Of a stretch of 64,000 nt of DNA, positions 61,901-64,000 are shown piece after piece. This DNA is from Mobula hypostoma (lineage: Eukaryota), in the NCBI RefSeq assembly GCF_963921235.1, contig NC_086097.1:120096001-120160000 (forward strand). The letters are read 5' to 3'. Below the pieces are notes generated by a model. It saw nothing but the letters and a program-made list of their open reading frames with translations. It ran no database searches and was not told where the DNA came from. The translations under genes were made by a program, and so were the position numbers. How positions within the stretch are numbered: position 1 is the first letter of the stretch; each line of letters opens with the position of its first letter.

Positions 61901-64000
61901 ACTGGAATTGGTTGCAGTGGGGCCACTGGGGTAACTTGAATAGGTTTACCCACAATTTGACACGTATGACACGTTCTACAAAATGTCGCCATATCACTTC
62001 TTAAACCAGGCCAATAAAAATGTCTAGAAAACTTGTTCATAGTTTTCTTTACACCTAAATGACCACCCAACCGAATAATATGAGCCATAGTTAAAAGCTC
62101 ATTTCGATAAATTTTAGGAACTACTACCTGATGATTAACTTCCCATTTGTCACTAGCAGGAATTGTAGGTGATCTCCACTTTCTCATTAATACTCCCTTT
62201 TCAAAATAATATCCTACTGGCACTTTTTCAGTTTCACTATCTGGAAGACCTTGTTCTTTTAATTTAACTATCTCAGGATCTCTACCCTGCTCTGCTATCA
62301 TCTCCTTCTGAGATAAAGACAAATCCTCCTGGTCAGACTTACTACCAAAATCCTGATCAAATAATGTAGGTAAGAAAGTTTCTGATACATCCTCAAAATT
62401 CGAACCTTGATTTCAACAATCACGGGTAACAACCTCATCCTGTACATCTGTCTTTTTAGCCAGGAATAATCTGTGTTAGAATCCCTCTATGGTTCCTCAA
62501 AATTAGGATTTATTTTTAAATACTAGTGTGCATGCGTCGGTCGTGCATGCAGCCTGGTACAGCCGTCCCGATCTATTCTTTTACTTTCTTCTTCTTACTT
62601 TTTAATTTACATTATTTTTGTATTTTTTTTTTCTCACGGTAACACTTCAAAGCTGCACCCTCTCTAACATGCTGGTAGAGAGAGTTTTATTTGGGTTTTC
62701 TTTAGCGCTGGAAATGGTTACATCCCAACACGCGGGACAGAAGCAAGGTCGTATTGTGTATTTCACGGACCAGCAAATCCCGGCCGGCTTAGCTAACAGA
62801 GTGGTGGACAACCCTACTGAAATCCAAAGGAAAACGCACAGAGGGGGATCACAAAGCCGAGGAAAGAGGACCGGATCGAGACAACAGAGACTTTTGGAGA
62901 AGAGGAGTTCGGTGGGTAATATCGTTCCGGCTGACCAGAAGTGCACCAAGAGCAGTAAGCGTAAAGGAGTTTGGTGCTTACTGATCTGGTTAACAACGGA
63001 TGGTGCAATCTGGGGTATATTACAATCGAGGAACGTGTTTGCAGACTGGATATTGAACTTTTTACTGTTGGACTTTGGCTACATTCCACCGTGATACAAC
63101 ACTGGCGGCACGGGAGGTCGTTCCTGCCTGTGGCCATTGAACGTGCAGCTCCTCCCATGGAGGGTCAGACACCCTGAGCCAATAGACTGGTCCTGGACTT
63201 ATTTTCCATCTGGCATAGTTTGCATTTTGTTGTTTGATTGTTGGGGTTTTTTCGTATTGCTATATTTACGCTCTATTCTTGGTTGGTGCGGCTGTAACGA
63301 AACCAAATTTCCCTCTGGATTAATAAAGCATCTCTATCTATCTATCTATCTAACTACACTCCAGGAAAAAACTTGTCCACCTGCTAAATCATTCCCTAAC
63401 AAAAGAGAAACATCATTCACAGGTAAACTGGATTGTAGTCCTACTTTAACCACCCCTGTAACTAATCCTGACCTTAAATTTACTCCATGTAAACGTACTG
63501 GCATAAGGGCACTCCCAACTCCTCTTATATAATTTACCTCACCAATGTCAGACTTATCACTAAACTTTAGCATACTGTCAAATATTAGTGGTTGAGAAGC
63601 TCCAGTATCTCTAAGCATTCTTATTGGTACTGAATTTGACCCTTCTTTCAAGGATACAAATGCTTCTGTTATAAAAGTCTCATATCCCTTCTTAACTTGT
63701 TCAGACTCTGACAGATCTTCATTAGTATTTTCTAAACCCTGTGAATTTACAGGTGTTTCAATATGCTTTACACAAGCATCTGGGGAGGGTCCTTTCTCTT
63801 TTTTTTTCCAATCAAAAGCAGTTAGCTACTGCATATCCAGGTTTCTTACAATAATTAAAAACAATACCAAAATGTCTTTCCTTCACATGTCTCCCTTCAT
63901 CCTTACTTTTCTCACTAACTTCAGGTTTAATATCTGGTTTACCTTGACTCTTTGTGCTATTTTTCCTTTTAAAAGTTCTACCTGGAGAAAATTTATTCTT
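59000..64000 (-). mobile_element. Gmr1-type Gypsy element 4 (runs off the window); RT thumb and RNase H deleted
   Basis: 3' LTR 59000-59857 plus PPT; RT with AYIDDL (60171-60752); integrase ORFs 61104-62322; protease LRDTGASQ (63346-63651). Confidence 0.95.
62524..63350 (+). mobile_element. Internally deleted Rex/Babar derivative inserted into element 4
   Basis: Endonuclease remnant VNNGWCNLGYITIEERVC..DIELFTVGL joined to C-terminal RHGRSFLPVAI; AATTTCCCTCTGGATTAATAAAG plus (CTAT)n tail; imperfect TSD TAAATAC/TAACTAC. Confidence 0.8.

Overview
Eukaryotic (vertebrate) DNA almost entirely made of transposable elements; the repeat families (HE1-like V-SINEs, esterase-ORF1 CR1 LINEs, Rex/Babar, Penelope) suggest a cartilaginous fish, probably a ray (inference). 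I found no intact cellular gene; one 89-bp minus-strand segment (51063-51151) looks like a real coding exon, so the window is probably mostly intron. Main contents: four Gmr1-type Gypsy LTR elements (integrase upstream of RT, tRNA-Pro PBS where visible) plus two solo LTRs; many CR1 copies including a nested stack at about 32.8-49.8 kb; an L1/Tx1 LINE; Rex/Babar and RTE fragments; Tigger and Tc1 remnants; several SINEs. Most notable: (i) Penelope-derived fold-back insertions with 14-bp TSDs carrying minimal hammerhead ribozyme motifs on both strands, one only about 240 bp long; (ii) a non-autonomous LTR element whose gag is fused in frame to a deletion-riddled pol mosaic; (iii) two Gmr1 copies sharing the same RNase H-replacing filler; (iv) an ancient, unassigned inverted repeat at 4.8-6.9 kb. 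Boundaries not anchored by TSDs/TIRs are approximate, and all alignments were done by eye.
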